This document shows, piece by piece, positions 1 to 13,849 of a stretch of 64,000 nt of DNA. Made by a program: the position numbers and the translations under genes. The notes below the pieces were generated by a model. The model was not told the DNA's origin. It saw only the letters and a list, made by a program, of their open reading frames with translations, and made no database searches. This DNA comes from Rotaria socialis. Taxonomy: Eukaryota. Location of the stretch: the NCBI GenBank assembly GCA_905331295.1, contig CAJNYD010000133.1:62001-126000 (forward strand), given 5' to 3'. The number at the start of each line of letters is the position of its first letter. Positions within the stretch are counted from its first letter, which is position 1.

Positions 1-554
1 ATGATAAAAAAATCATGAAAAAAATTTGAATTTTTGGAGATATTTGTTTGTTTTACTTTTGAAACACACCTTGCATTTCGAAGTCATTCGACAATCAATA
101 GTTTTTATGCCTTGCACATTCACTCTTGTCTATCTCGGGTCTGATTTTCATTCTGTCTGTAGTGCGAAAACAACACAAGTTTTTCCACATTTCAATATGA
201 AGACGATATCTAGAAGTAAACAGGCGACAACTGCAGTATATTATTGTCGCTAAGCTAAGAATGATGAGAACAACAAATATCATCTTTAATTTAGTTATGA
301 TAGACTTCAAAATAATAATAGAATAGAACAAGACGAATGTAATCATATGAAACTACTTAGCTAATCGAAATTCCATAGACGTGATCGTTACACTCGAGAA
401 TGAATTAATCAATATATCATTTATTCCACTAAAAAACAAGTATAATTGAACATACTATATGCAAATAGTAGTGAACTCAATAGAGAACAAAAAAAAACAG
501 AAGCTGATCAATTTTTGTATTCTTCAATGGAAGCTTATGATCCCCCACCATCAA

Positions 555-1936
555 CTACTTCGCAGTGACATCTTTATCATCATCCTCGTCAATATTCTGG
601 ATAACATGATTGTCATCCTTATTATTTTCATCATCACTGTTTTTGGATTGCTGATAATCGACTGAATCAGTATTGTCCCAATGATCTTGACCATAGTCAT
701 CGGTCGCCAATTGACGAACAGTCCATACGTCAAAACAATAATCAATATTGGTGACATAATTGTATGGAATATAACAATATCCTTTATCACCCTGAAATAT
801 TAAATGAGAGGTAAGCAGTAAATTAGGAATGATATCAAGTTTTTCTGTTTCTAGTTGCTTTCATCAGAAGAGAAAAGATTTAACAATTGCTTCAACTATT
901 ACTGTCTGACAAATTCGACTTGATTTATATAATACTGATACTGTTCGAGCATAGAGCGAAATCTTTCTCAAGTTGTGTTGCGAAACTTCAATGAAAACCT
1001 CTTTTAGACAGCGAAAAATAAATAAGATTATTCTTACCCAGTCCTCTCCCCATGAATTTCTAACAATAAATGATTGTGATTTATCACTATATCCGACTGC
1101 TAGAAGTGCGTGACTAAAACGAAGAAAAAAATATTTATAAGCAGTTTGTTACAATACTGAATATTATACTTGTTTTCAGAAGGTTGACTTTCATCGTTTG
1201 AATTCGGCATCGAAACAACACCTGTCTTTCCTGCTTTATCGAATGATGGAAACAACTTTAAACCAAATACAAATGGAAATCCTTGTGCCAAACATGATTT
1301 CATTTCCGTCAAATCGACGTCCACTTGCAGTGCGTCGATGATTTTATGGCCTTTCGCGTCTGAATAGATTTCAGCGCTTGGTTTTGTATTCAATTGTGAA
1401 ATATTATATGGCCAAATTGATTCGAGACAAACTCCAGATTCTTCTAGAGCTTCAACGGTATTCGTCATTGTACAACTAGAATCCGTTATGCCTGATGGAT
1501 TTTCTTTGGCACGACCATTGTAATAAAGGAACAAAGGACTGAAAGCTATGTTCTCCTCGTTTTCTTGTTTGTTTAAATATTGATACACGCCTAAAAATGA
1601 GGATTGCATAATTGATCAAAGTGTTATACCATGATCGAATCTTACCGACAAGGCAGTTTGCAGCGCTAAATTGAAATAGAATCAGATACGAGAAAAAATT
1701 GAGGAAAAAATATCGTTGTTATTTTACCAACTACCAATTTGTGACTGATCTTCAATGGGTAACATATGTGATCGAAGGTCAACCTTAGGTGGAAGTTGGT
1801 CGGCACTGTAGACAATAAAATTCTGAAATGACTGACGCAAGCGTTGTTTATGCGGCAGACGAGTGGACGGTCGAATACCATTGAGGCGGAATTTTCGACC
1901 CGTGATTCTATTTAATAAATAAGTCTTCATTGTCAT
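555..1936 (-). CDS. Papain-family (C1A) cysteine protease, ~320 aa, 5 exons (1936-1728, 1665-1646, 1590-1170, 1113-1038, 791-555), no signal peptide, acidic C-terminal tail
   Basis: Spliced translation gives LPPKVDLR...DQSQIGSC|AANCLV (catalytic Cys codon split by intron 1), NHALLAVGY (His), FIVRNSWGEDW|GDKGYCYIPY (Asn). All introns are GT-AG and the exons join in frame (963 nt). Confidence 0.92.
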
Positions 1937-4419
1937 CTTATTTCGATCAAAAGCTTCTATAATAGAACAAAAAATGTAACAACTATATATATATATATAT
2001 TTCATAAAACATGCAAAATCTAGACACAACCGATGCCTAATGCGTGGTAGTTATAAGTCGAAGAGGAAAAAAGGTTTTCTTTCCTCTTTTTATGTGCATT
2101 GGAATGGATTCTTCACGGCAATTCTTCTCGTTATTTTTTTCTTTACTCGTATGGGGTAATCAAGTACGAAAAAACGACAATGACGTATTTCTCTTCTTTC
2201 TTCATGAAAGAACATAGTACTCGCTTATGAGATGAAGGTCAAAAAAAGGACCTATCTCATGTAGTCATTTTTGGACCCTCATATTTTTTCAAAAAGTTTT
2301 GTATATATAAACAATCCACACATAATTCTGATCACAACTATCAACATTACTCTTGGAATTGATGAAGTATTTTGTTTTACTCTAGGGGGAGATGTGTACG
2401 ACGACATTGAAATTTTTTTTCTTCGACTACTGTTAAAGGAATATCTGTCACAGTTGACATGAGAATTTCAGTTGAGATTGGAATGCGCGAAATAAAATTA
2501 TTTGAATTTCTTTTTTCTTCCCTGCTCGTGTTTCATAAAATAAAATATATTTAAAAGGAAAAAAGATTTTACTATTAAATTCAACCGAATGAATGAAAGA
2601 AATTATAGGTTAATGATTACCTTGTGCTTTATGTATAATAATAATAATAATAGTAAAATTTTTGTTTTATTTAAATTCTACCGGTATGAGTCACAATATA
2701 ATTAATCTCCTCTGAATTAATCATCAGATGGTATTACAAGGATGTTTGGTACATTTTTATATTTGATTTATAAAAGTTGTATAAATAAAATAATTTATTT
2801 TTCTCAGATAAATTCAATGTCCCCATGTCCCCATTGTTTAACAAATGTACAGAGAGTTGAATTTATATGAAAACCTTGTAAAAAGATGGAAGGAATAATT
2901 ATCAATACAAAATTTTCTAAAGGCAGATCTCAACAAAAATTCTATTAAAAAAGTTAAGAAAAAGTTATTTCAAACTCGCCTGGCACATATCTATTGTCTT
3001 TTGTAGGGTATTCTGAATTTATACTAGTTACTTCTTTACTCAACTAATTATTAACCTTCTGGTAGAATTAAGCCCTTCAGGTACATCTGAAATCTGTTGC
3101 GAAGAATTCGCGTTACGACACATCGTGCGGTTGTACAAGATCTCGCTACCCACCTGCATCTGCACCATACCTATGCCTGCTCAGTCATGTCAAAGTCCTC
3201 ACTCTGCACCATAAAATCCCAGGAACAAATAAATGAGTTTTTCTCTTCTTTTCAGATTCTATTTCATCAAATATGCGGCACTATCAAAGAGCTAATTAAG
3301 AGACAAATAAAAATTTTGCTTTAATTGAAATATATTCTCTCAATTTGAAAACTTGTCTTTATCTCAAAATTTCATAATTGAATTTTTATAATCGTGTATG
3401 CAGCTCATTCGTAATGATACCCTTCAAATACAACCGATTTTTATTTTAAATGAATTGGTTTCTTGGTCAACCATTGGCATTGATAAAAAAAAAGAACTTC
3501 TTCGTCGATGTGAATCTATATCTTACTTATTAAGGTTTTAAACTTCAATGCCGCTTTTTATCTGGATGTTGTTCAGAGTAACAAGAACATTCGTTACACT
3601 GAATTTAGTTCTGAGAGTCAATTGAATGATTTAACATTTAGAAAATAGAACAAAAATATCTCACTCATAATCGTGGCATGTCAACACCTCATCAGTTTAT
3701 GCAATTAACAAAAGATTCATGTGATTAACGATATAATGAAATTCTTGAAAATAATTTCTATTGTATCAATAGAAGTAAAATATGGAAAAAAAGTAATAAG
3801 TTCAAAAAATGAACTTAGTGTTTATTATTGTGGTAGAAATAATATTGAGAAAATTCAATCATATCAAATTTCACTTAGCGGAGAATGTGTATAATTTTGT
3901 GAGGTTGTAATTGTGTATCTAATGGAAGAGACGGATCGTTATGCCAGTCCCTGCAACACAAAATTCTTCAAAAACTGCGTCAAATGGTTTTCAATTTTAC
4001 GCAATATGTTGCGTTAAAACAGATAAAATGCGTATTAGAGCACAAATATCAATTAAAAAAAATATATGCTCACGTCTAATTTCTTAATTCATTTTTTCTC
4101 ATGCTCACTAAGTTTCTTTTTACATGGGAGAAGACTTTACTTTCAGACTAAATGTTGATATCAAACTAGACTTTTTTGCTATTTAGGTCTCAGACGATTC
4201 AATTCGACAAAATCCGATCAGATTCAATACGATTCCCTTGGATTTCATTAGTATGAATATCATCAGAAAACGATGAAACATCGTAACATTTTCCACAGAT
4301 GGAAGCAGTAGGATCCAGTGGGTCGAGTTCCTACTATTTCGAGTGGGTCCAAAGCTACAATAGAGTACTACGTGAATTAATTATGTTCATGTATAATAGG
4401 TTTACCATTGCGTTTTTAC

Positions 4420-5060
4420 TTTTGGATATTATACATGACTTCGAATGTTACTCCAAATAGAATAATCCAATGAGTTAAGTTCCTGTGAATTGGAAGGCCA
4501 TTTTTCAACTTTGTCATCGGCATGAGAACTAGTGCTATTCTGTTAGTAGGCCCAAACAGTGCGTCAGAATAGCTCATCGCCTTCCTTGCCATAAAATAGT
4601 AATAATTGATCGTGATTGCTTTGGTCATTCAGACGTGCACCTGCTTGAAAAACGTAAGGACTTCTATGAGTCAATATCAGGTTACGCCCAATCCATCTAT
4701 AATGCATCCCGAATATTTTTACATTAATCTTAAATCTATCACATTCATCAACCCATACAACATCATTTTCTCCAATTTATCTTGACGTGTGTTCTCCCTA
4801 ATCCATTAGCAACATGTTTGCTTATTGATTCTTTAGCTTCTTTTAATTTTTGACCATTGATTATTCAATAAAATTATTTGTATAAATCAATATTGAGTGC
4901 CCGCTTGATGATTTTAGTACTGCTCTTACAGTCGTTAGTCATTGTTCGTTAACTTTTTCGAGGTATGTTGGAATCAAGCCTTTTCTACCGAATAGATGAA
5001 GTCTTTTTTGTACGTCCAGTTCTTACTCTTCCTGATTTTGGTTTAGCATCGAATTGGATT
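4420..5060 (-). mobile_element. Decayed Tc1/mariner-superfamily transposase remnant
   Basis: Minus strand reads KSGRVRTGRTKK (~5040-5005), PYVFQAGARLNDQSNHDQLL...WAY*QNSTSSH (cf. FQQDGAxxH) and WPSNSQELNSLDYSIW (4500-4453; cf. WPPNSPDLNPLDYSIW), with stops and deletions. Confidence 0.8.
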
Positions 5061-5895
5061 TATCTAAAAATGATATCACTATACTTTAACTGTAATGAGA
5101 TAGTCGCGCCATCTCTACTGAATTCTATGTAAAGGTAAAAATACCAGCATATTGACACATTTCTCATACTCTGTGGACAGAAAGAATTGACTTTAATTTT
5201 CTCTCCGTATAATATTACAACATACTCTAACAAACATTTTGCAAAACAAAAGCCTTATCAGCACAGCTCTGGACAAGTCTAAAACGAGACGCATATGGTG
5301 TTAAGAAAAAACAAGAAGAAGAAGAAAACATTGAAGTGCACTTGCAGTCCAGTCACATAAGTAGATAAGTAAGTAAGCAGAATGTATGTCTAGAAAAGAA
5401 ACATTGTTACTAAAGCGACATTGTCAATAAAAACGAATTGCAAGCAAGATATCTGTATTCACTAAGTTTTAGTCAATTAACAAAACTTATCTCATCCGCT
5501 ATTGTTTGCCAATTATTTATTCTATATCCTTGTTTTGCTTAGATACATTGCTGATATTAGTGAGAGAAAAACTCAGCCAGATCCAATATTTGATCGGAAA
5601 GCTAGTGACGCACATAAAAAAATGAACAGATGTTGAAATAACATTTCAACTATCAATAGTAAATGCTTTATTTGCGTCGCATTTTGAGTGAATATCAACT
5701 CATCTTTTTCTTATCTCTCTATTAGTAAACTAACTTTTTATGTTCTCTGAAAAAGAGTCGTATCAAACATAAGCACGCTTTATCTTATTTTTTTTGAAAA
5801 TTTCTTCTCTTAATTTTACTTTTCGCGAGATCATCTGACTTCTGTAAATACTGTAATAGTTAGGGGTACCAACAAACATCTAAACACAATCGAAG

Positions 5896-8182
5896 ATGCA
5901 AGAAAGGGTGACAACTCGTACTGAGGATTATGACTTAACCTGTCCCATCACGCTACGAACCTTTCGAGATCCAGTGATAGCTGCCGATGGTCGTACATAT
6001 GAACGTGAGGCAATCGCGCGATGGATCGCAGAACATGGCACAAGTCCATTCACACGACAACCATTGAATATCAAAGATTTACAACCGAATTATCATATGA
6101 GAAATATGACTGGCCGACGAGGTAGTTCTGCATCATCTTATTATGCAGTTGATGAATCAAAAGTGTATCAATATCCACCGACGGCTCCTGTCTACGGCGA
6201 AGTGCCTATAACCAAAGTCAGTAATAACCATAGATCGGGTCAATGCTGTTCATTTCGATGTCAACTCGGTACTATACTCATAGTTATAATATTGATTACT
6301 TCGATAATATGTGGACTCATCATCGGTTTTAACTTACGTAAGTATTATAATAGGCTTTCAACGAATACATCATCTGTCTTTGTTTCTGCTCCATGTAGAA
6401 TATTTTCCTTTCGAACTCTTTCCGTATTTTTCTGCACATATTCATAAGTATATATCAACTCAGCAAAAAGATGGAGGTCATTTTAAAAGCAGCATTATTA
6501 TAGCTACCTTACAGATCTGTCAGCATTTTAAGTGATCACAACACCTCACTTTCTATGAGTTTTTAATTATATTCAATACCATTCGTTTCTGCTAGCAGGA
6601 TTAAAAATTTAAAAAAATAATGAAATTGATACGTTTATCATAAAATACTGCAATAGATCAGTATATTTGACGAATATGAAAGCTTTTGAACATGTCCTAT
6701 ACCTCGGGCATTATCAGTTATTGTCCCTAAACAGATAAATATCGGTTAAAGTGTTAAATTCCTAGATTATTCTACAATGACATTAGATAATATTTAATTT
6801 TAAGACACGACGCTAAAATTGTTCCGTGAATCGTTCTGCTCTTATTTTAAACAACCACCATAATACAACGGTGGTCGCGTATGTCTTAAAAATGAATTCT
6901 CTGAAAGAGGAATTCTTTCTACTTTCTGATTCGAATTAGTACAGTGTTTTCATTTTCATTGATCTACTAAGCATGCAAGATTCGATCACTTTTATTTTTC
7001 GACAAATAGGAAAACCTGTATCAACTAACAAACCCAAGTATTCATCATCGCTTACCGCGAATAGTCCAACTTACTGTCGTACTACATGCATCCGATGGCA
7101 ATTCTACTACGATGTACTAACAGTGACCGTGACCAAAGCTGGCAAATACAAGTTCACTAGCGAGAGTAATATTGATACATACGGCTATATCTACAATAGT
7201 AGTTTCAATCCAGCCAATCCTCATTTGAATTTACTTGCGGAAGATAATGACAGTGGTAAAAAGAGGCAGTTTCAGCTCAAAATTAATCTTCAGCCTTGGG
7301 AAACATATGTACTGGTTATAACAACGTTCATACCAAATGTGAGGGGATCATTTTCAATCGATGTATCGGACCCAAAATTCGTAAACTTTCATTCGACGAC
7401 CACTCATCGGACACCTACAAAAACGACAAAAAGAACGACAAAAAAAACGACAGCAAGAACGACAAAAAAAACGACAGCAAGACCATCAAGTAAGAAATAA
7501 AGTTGCTAAACAATGTTTGCCTAGTGTAGACGTTTCGCATAGTATAATGTTGCGGTACATAATAGACCTGAAATGAAGCTCTTTTTTGGGATTCATTCGA
7601 ATAATTTTCAGATAAACCTAAGTATCATTTCGATTTTTTTAATGGTGAGATTTGAAAAGGAAATCATTCTTCTTTTTCAACAGTATTATACATTCGAAAT
7701 TACTTCAGATTATCTACTAACTTAGTGAATATTGACTTTTTTCTCTCTGTCAAATAGCGACCGCACCTGGGAGTTACTACAATTATTCGTCGTCATTAAC
7801 TTCAAGTAGTTCAAAATATTGCCGTCGTGATAAGAAATGTCGAGAGTCACTGGACTTCTATTATGAAGCATTGCAAATTAGTGTGTCCATGAATGGCAGG
7901 TATCATTTCGTGAGCAATGGTAGTATGGCAACGTATGCTGATATCTACAACAAAACTTTTGATAAGTTAAAACCGAATCAAAATTTAATTCCTTCAATTG
8001 ATGATAGTAGCGAAGAAAACCAGTTTAAGCTCAAAGTGTCTCTCATTGCTGGGAATAAGTATATCATGGTTGTGACAACAAAAAGGAGTAATATCATGGG
8101 AAAATTCTCGGTTACTGCGACCGGCTCTGGATCAGTCACTTTCAGTTCACTACCGCAGTCTGGCATCGAGATTCGGAATTGA
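5896..8182 (+). CDS. U-box E3-ligase domain + single TM helix + two repeated beta-sandwich (PPC-like) domains, ~448 aa, 3 exons (5896-6337, 7010-7489, 7758-8182)
   Basis: U-box motif CPITLRTFRDPVIAADGRTYEREAIARWIAEHGTSPFTRQPL; hydrophobic LGTILIVIILITSIICGLIIGF; two homologous domains (YSSSLT...YC...FYY...G.Y.F.S...D...QF.LK..L...Y..V.TT....G.FS); phase-1 GT-AG introns join in frame (1347 nt). Confidence 0.85.
7416..7485 (+). repeat. Coding 12/24-bp minisatellite encoding a Thr/Lys/Arg linker (TTKKTTAR)
   Basis: aaaaaaacgacagcaaga repeated inside exon 2 of the U-box gene. Confidence 0.8.
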
Positions 8183-9332
8183 AATTTATCGACTTTAAAG
8201 TAAACAATTTCTCTACTTTGGATCCGATTTCGTTTTTAATGGACAGCACTGAGAGACGTACATGGAACCGTCTTTTTGCACTTTTTAGTGCCTTCTCTCT
8301 TCATTTATTTTTATTCGTCTATTGCCATCTACTCTAACTTCTTTCTTATTCACGGTGCTTTGCATCATTGGTTTCAAATTCGTCAGGTTTAACCTGTTAT
8401 CTTTTTCAGCTAAAATTTAACAAATGCGTATTATTTAATTCATGTTTTGTGAACGCTAAGAGTTTTTCTCAAATAAAATTCAGTCAAAGTGCAACATTAT
8501 TGAAAACTTGTATAATCCAAAGAATGTTCGTGTAGATTTGAATTAGTCGTATGTAAGTGAAAGTTGAATGTATTATACAACAAAATAATTTACAAAAACG
8601 ATTTCAAAGAATCTATGGCCTATATTCCAATGGATCTGCTGGCGATGACCAGCATTGACTGAACGCAATTGACAATTCCGATATTTTCCTGATTCTGAAG
8701 CGTGTTCTTATCTATTTTGTCTTTTGAGTAAACGATTCAAGTGAATTCGGTGATGTTCCATCTAAGGAAGTTAATTTCAAAATAAACGATCCATCGCTCA
8801 TAGTTTCCATATTTGAAATAGATTTAATTTGGCTGGTGTTGAAAAGTTCAATAAGACTTCAACAGTAACAACAATAGTAGTTGTACTTTCATTTAATCAA
8901 CAGTCAGTACAGTATTATCTCAGTGACTACAAATGGTGCCGATGTTTATAGGTATCAGTGTTTTCCTCGCTCACATTTACATTCACACGAAGAACCGCAT
9001 GAGCTATCTGAAGTATCATAAGCTTATTCTACGTGGCTATTTTTTTAAGATTTATCTACGATGTTGCCACAAGAAGAGTTATTTGATATTCTAACTGAAT
9101 TTCTTTTTCAACATGGTTATCACAAAGTTCAAAATATTGCAACTGCGTAACGACTATAAGCCATTCAATTCCACATTGCTTGAAACTATTCATTTTTTGA
9201 ATTGATTTACAAACACCCTGATGTTTCGGTAGGCTAATGTTAAAAAGTCTTCAAACTGTTAATTATTTATTTAAGTATAGCATCGTTCTGGATTAAATAA
9301 CCAAGAAAGTAGTAAATAAAAAAGCTTTAAAT

Positions 9333-12312
9333 TTAAAACATATTTGGTGCATCTTGCATATGCTCATGAACTCTCAGTATCTCTGCTCGATTTCCATTTG
9401 GTGGTCTGAAAAGAGAAAATGGCCTTATTGATTGCAGCCTAAAATGAAAGAATTTGTCACTTCCTTACCTCGTATTATTATCAAACAACTGTCTCGCCTT
9501 GCTTGCTGCAGCATCTGCCAAATGCAAAACACTTGGAATTGATTCACTCAATCGATCATCAATACGCTGATCAATATGACAAAGAGAGTAAGTCAGTTCC
9601 TCTAATTCACTCAATGAATATCCAATTCCATTAGTCAGAACAACATAATTCCCAATTCTATTGGTTCCTAAACCTGGTTCATGTGAATTCAGCAAGAAAT
9701 TGAGATAGTTTGGATTCGAATTAACGATGGAAGTATCAACAACAACGCCAGATTCAACATTGGTAATATCTGTCGACGACAACAGTCGAAAGAGGCGGGT
9801 GTGGTGACGTTTTTTTACCACGATAAACGTTAGAAGAGGAGATGATACATTTGTTGGATAGATAACTAGAAAAAAAAAAGAGAAATCTTAACAGAGTACG
9901 CGTAAATGTCTGAAAGTAAACTACGAATACTACAAAGAAGAAACAAGAACTCAACTGTGTTACATAATTCTGCTCGTGACTCGAATAGCAAGTACGGATT
10001 TGTGCGGAAGAGAGAGAGAAGCCCATTTTTTTTTCACCAAATACTAAGTCGACAAACTTGAAAAAGATTTCGCCCTTGGGTCTCGTCTATGTAGCTAGAA
10101 TAAAAGCTTGCTCTTTACCTTGAAAGGCGTTCATCAAAGCAGCCACCTCTTCATCTTGTACACGTTTGAGTTGTCCATCATCAACTCCATCGCGATAGAC
10201 AACAACATGTTCTGGCAGAGAGCCGTTATTGCTGTCTTTGAATGCGATTAACAGCTCTTCAGTCATTTCTTTCAACAACAAAATTGCCTCTTCTGATTGT
10301 TTCCATTTAATTGGCCATTGACGACAGATACGTTGATTTGTTAATGTACACTCAGAATTCATACTTGCAACAACAGCTGCAATTGATGGTAATTCACCAG
10401 AATAATTATTCTTGGGGTGTAGGACGTCAGCCCCGATAAACATTGTTTTAATAGACGTTTGAAGTTGAGCTACTTGTTTATTTTCGCCACTTAGTTTAGC
10501 ATTTACTGATTTTAGAAGATTACCACAATACTTTCTTAAATTTGCTATTCGTTGAACTTTTGTAAAGTTAGCACATTGAGTAACAAGACCTGAACAGAGT
10601 GAGAGTGAGAGTCTATCGTGATGTCATAATTGATGATTAAAAATTGACTAACCGAATTCGATGCATGCAATTTGTTTGAAAAGTTCGTGTACTCCTGGAT
10701 CTCGGCAGTTTTCAAGGCAGAGAATGAATTGGCACTGCTTGCTTTTGAGCTCAGACAAACAATTTCGGAGTTCCCTTTTTAGATTTCTGTCAGCAAAAAT
10801 TTCATATTCGTCATGATACTTAGGCAATTTCATTCTTTGCCAATTAGCGGCCTGTTAGAAATAGTAGAAGTAAATAATATTCGGAATTATGATTGGGAAA
10901 ATATACAGCTTACATCGTAGAAATTGTTCAATAATTTTTTCTGTACTTGTTTCGCATTTGGCTGTTGACGTTCTGCTAGATATATGAATGCCATCTTATG
11001 AATTGGAATTGGATTTGTAAAAGCACCTTGTCGACTAAGAGTAATTTGACGTTTTCTTAGAGTTTCATAAGGAACTGGCATCATTGCCTCACAACTGACT
11101 TCTAGTTGAATTTCTTTACATAATTTATCATCGTGGAAATTGCAGCTTCTGATAGCTCCTAAGATTGAATCATATCGTTTACTGACTGGTGGTGCTGGAA
11201 CAGGTTTCGTGTTTTCATCTTCCTTCACCATTTGCCACTCTCGAAGATAGCAAAGTTCAATCGGTAGATCCACTAAATTTTGTGGATTACCTGCTGAATG
11301 GGCTTTCAAGCAGTACAACTTTGGATAATGAAGCTCAAATCCAAGATCCTTGTAGTAATCTAGGAGATGACCTCGTCCTTCCATGAAAATTTTTCTGGGA
11401 AGATCCGAAAAATTTCCAGTGAGAACATATCTATTTTGATAATCTGACTGAACTGTTGTCACTTCAATATCTTTCAAACGATTACCAATTTGATCGTATT
11501 GTCGATCTGACAGGAATTCATGACATGGAGATTTGTTTTGTAGCAATCTTTCCCAAATAAATGTTAAAAGATCAACTTCGGGATAGAAACGAGTAATCGT
11601 AGTATCCACATTCAAGGTTGGACCTGATTCTGTGAGACACACAGCCTGTCTGAAGCCTGTAAGGAGATCATAGGGTCCATCTTGATCTGGTTTTTCATCC
11701 CATCGGTAGAAGACTGAACCAATTGCTTTGAACTGATCTTTTAGCACTTGTTTAATCAATGTTTCAATAATGCGAATCGAAGATTGATCTAACTCGTTGG
11801 TACTTCTTGTGTCTGATAGACTTTTTATTGTTAAACGACGCTGATATCCTTGTTCTTCTCTTTCATGTATCATTGGACATTTGTCCTTGAAATCTGTTGT
11901 ACTGTAAATACAATTTCCTTCATCGTACCAACATACAGCTGTTGGGTGAACTGTTTTGTCTAGGAGCATATCACAAACAAATCGACGACGTTTTTCACGG
12001 CTGGAAATGTTGATATATTTATTTTGTTTTTCATGATATTCTTCGACGATGACATCGTACTGATAAAAAGAAAGGTTATTGGCGAATGAGCAAGGGAAGT
12101 GATTGGTGTAGATGACGTCATCAGAATCCTCATCCACTTGTTGGGGTACTATTCTTGACGGTTGAGCTAACTTTGGAGTTGTACTCTGCTCCTTCGGTGT
12201 AGTCAGTGTTAATGAGGCAAGAGCATTTGTTTGTTGATCGATAGGTTTCTAGAAAGAAAGATTGAATTATAGAAAGATACGTTTGAGATATTGCTCAATC
12301 ACTTACATGCAT
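9333..12312 (-). CDS. Divergent Argonaute (N/PAZ/MID/PIWI), ~826 aa, 6 exons (12312-12307, 12248-10914, 10851-10653, 10589-10119, 9865-9469, 9405-9333)
   Basis: Motifs YTNHF, FYQYDV, GFRQAV...PTLNVD, LPIELC (PAZ end), GLVTQC, NAKLSG, MFIGADVLHP, VYRDGV, VVKKRHHTRLF, SIPSVLHLAD, C-terminal VHEHMQDAPNMF*. Exons sum to 2481 nt in frame with GT-AG introns. Confidence 0.95.
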
Positions 12313-13849
12313 GGCTTTACACTTTTTTGATTACTCGTGAATTTTATTGTTTGTGACAGAATTTTTATCGTTGAAATCTATCAAAGAAACAAAATCACTC
12401 ATTTTTATCAATTTCTCCTCCCGCTCAAGTAAATATTAATGACTTACTTGTTGTTTCGTTAGTTCTGTTCGATTTCTTTTGCTTTGGAAGTCTTTTTTGT
12501 GTTGATCACAATTGAATGAAGAACTCTCTTCGCTGTATCTCTATTTATATTCTCAATAAGAGATGAAAACGTTTTTTCCCAATACGAAAAAATCCACAAT
12601 GGGAGTATTTTTCTTTTTCTCTCTACATTTATCGTAGTCTGGATCCGCAACAGTTTTGCAACATAATGAGTCATGTTCTGCTCCTACATACAAATATTAA
12701 TATATGCATACATACACTTTCCGTTCTTTATATATATATATATCTTTACACATGTTTCTTCTCTACTTTTTTCTATATTTTTTTTCATAGAACTTGATAT
12801 ACGAAGTCATTTTGCGACTGCTGTTATTGTAAAATATTTCAGAGAGTTTTTAGCCCTCAAACATATATAAATATGTCGAATTCCAAGTTAGCATAATGAT
12901 CTTACTCTAAATTGTATTTTACTCTTCAGTCTATTCGAAAAGAGTAAACGTAAATCAATAAATAAATATGATGATTCACACTCATTCATAGCTTTTAAAT
13001 ATCAAGAATGAAACGACCCATTTTCATATTCTCATCTTTGCCCATAAATAAAGAATAAAATTTTCCCAGTTAACATTTTTTATAGATATGAGACGAATGC
13101 CCTTTTGATGAAAATAATGAATAAAACAATAAAACGATAACAAGTTAATATGATTGATGAATAGTAAATAATGAAGAAAACAACTTTGATAAAAATTTGT
13201 TTGTTTTGATAACAATGGAGAAGATGCTGTTGACCAATAGACTTAGTCAATCGCTAATATAACATGGGAGTACTGGCGATGTGAAATACTGAAACCAAGA
13301 GTTTTGTTTAATTATCGGAGGTTAGCTGTGGGTGTGCTTGTGATTCTGGTCTTGGGTGAGGATTGACGGAGTGACTATCTGGGAGAGAAAACCCACCCAC
13401 ATACTGATTCCTACAAATATTCAGTCATTAGTCCTCCTGTCCTAATTATTCTAGTATTACTAAGTTTGATCATTTCATTTACATCACTTTTTATCGAAAC
13501 ATCACGGCGTCTCTATCTATTTCTGATTGGATCCATTATTTCAATTATGCCATGCGTGACAACACTAATTTCATCATACCTGCACCACTTTCACAAGATG
13601 CATCGAAAAAATGTTTATTATGAATGCGCCATCTTTTTCAAATTGATTAATATTGAACAATTTTAGAAGATATTAAATAAGCAAATATGAATGATATATA
13701 TATAAATGAATACTAAAACGCGCACCCACTCTCACACCCTGTTGAAAATGAACATATTTTTCAGCTTAACTAGAGAAATATCAATAACCAATCGAACGTT
13801 GAAAGAAAAATATAATTCCCAAATCTGTCTTTGTGTTCTAGCCAAGAAT

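Noticed and set aside
6797..6891. Short inverted termini (ttttaagaca / tgtcttaaaa) in the U-box intron; a similar weak pair at ~58193-58368
   Set aside because: Short and AT-rich; could be tiny MITEs but cannot be supported without copy-number data.
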